DNA from: a virus
Taxonomy: Duplodnaviria > Caudoviricetes
DNA length: 64,000 bases
Reading direction: 5' to 3' (one strand)
IMG/VR virus record: IMGVR_UViG_3300031760_000022
Coordinates: 24,323-88,322 of that record
Shown here in pieces: positions 63,979-64,000 of the stretch. The first letter of the stretch is position 1; every line of letters starts with the position of its first letter. The notes under the pieces are model-generated. The model was given only the letters and a program-made list of their open reading frames with translations, was not told where the DNA came from and did no database searches. A program made the translations under genes and the position numbers.

Positions 63979-64000
63979 ATATCTTTTATTGTTTGCATTA

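Noticed and set aside
1-64000. CRISPR array
   Set aside because: No regularly spaced direct repeats; the recurring motif is the dispersed promoter.
1-64000. Stop-codon reassignment
   Set aside because: Genes are intact under code 11; the breaks are explained by introns or one frameshift; no suppressor tRNA.

Overview
AT-rich (roughly 30% GC by eye) segment of a large tailed dsDNA phage, probably a siphovirus of an anaerobic Firmicute; the head and replication genes resemble the SPbeta type in organisation. The + strand (1-31248) is the virion/lysis operon: terminase, portal, protease/scaffold, capsid, neck, tail tube, RuvC-like resolvase, tape measure, baseplate/fibre genes, amidase, holins and a large putative receptor-binding protein. 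The - strand (31361-64000) converges on it at a bidirectional terminator. It carries nucleotide metabolism (dUTPase, ThyX, NrdDG, glutaredoxin), replication genes (DnaE, primase, DnaB, RecD2, RecJ, SSB-like, AAA ATPase), a Dam-like methylase, IscS, a beta-CASP nuclease, a tyrosine recombinase and ten tRNAs. Three group I introns can be spliced on paper to give intact products: one in terL (with a Vsr-like endonuclease), one in the tape-measure gene (with a decayed endonuclease) and one in the tRNA-Leu(UAA) anticodon. The most unusual signals are: (1) seven sigmaA-type promoters whose -10 box lies within an inverted repeat that is conserved in position but not in sequence, often covering the downstream Shine-Dalgarno; (2) an operon of ABC-ATPase/GNAT (joined by a -1 frameshift), a small protein and a GT-A glycosyltransferase, a candidate DNA hypermodification system; (3) ORF-free, highly structured RNA candidates among the tRNAs; (4) apparent absence of GATC. 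All family assignments come from motif recognition, not from database searches.
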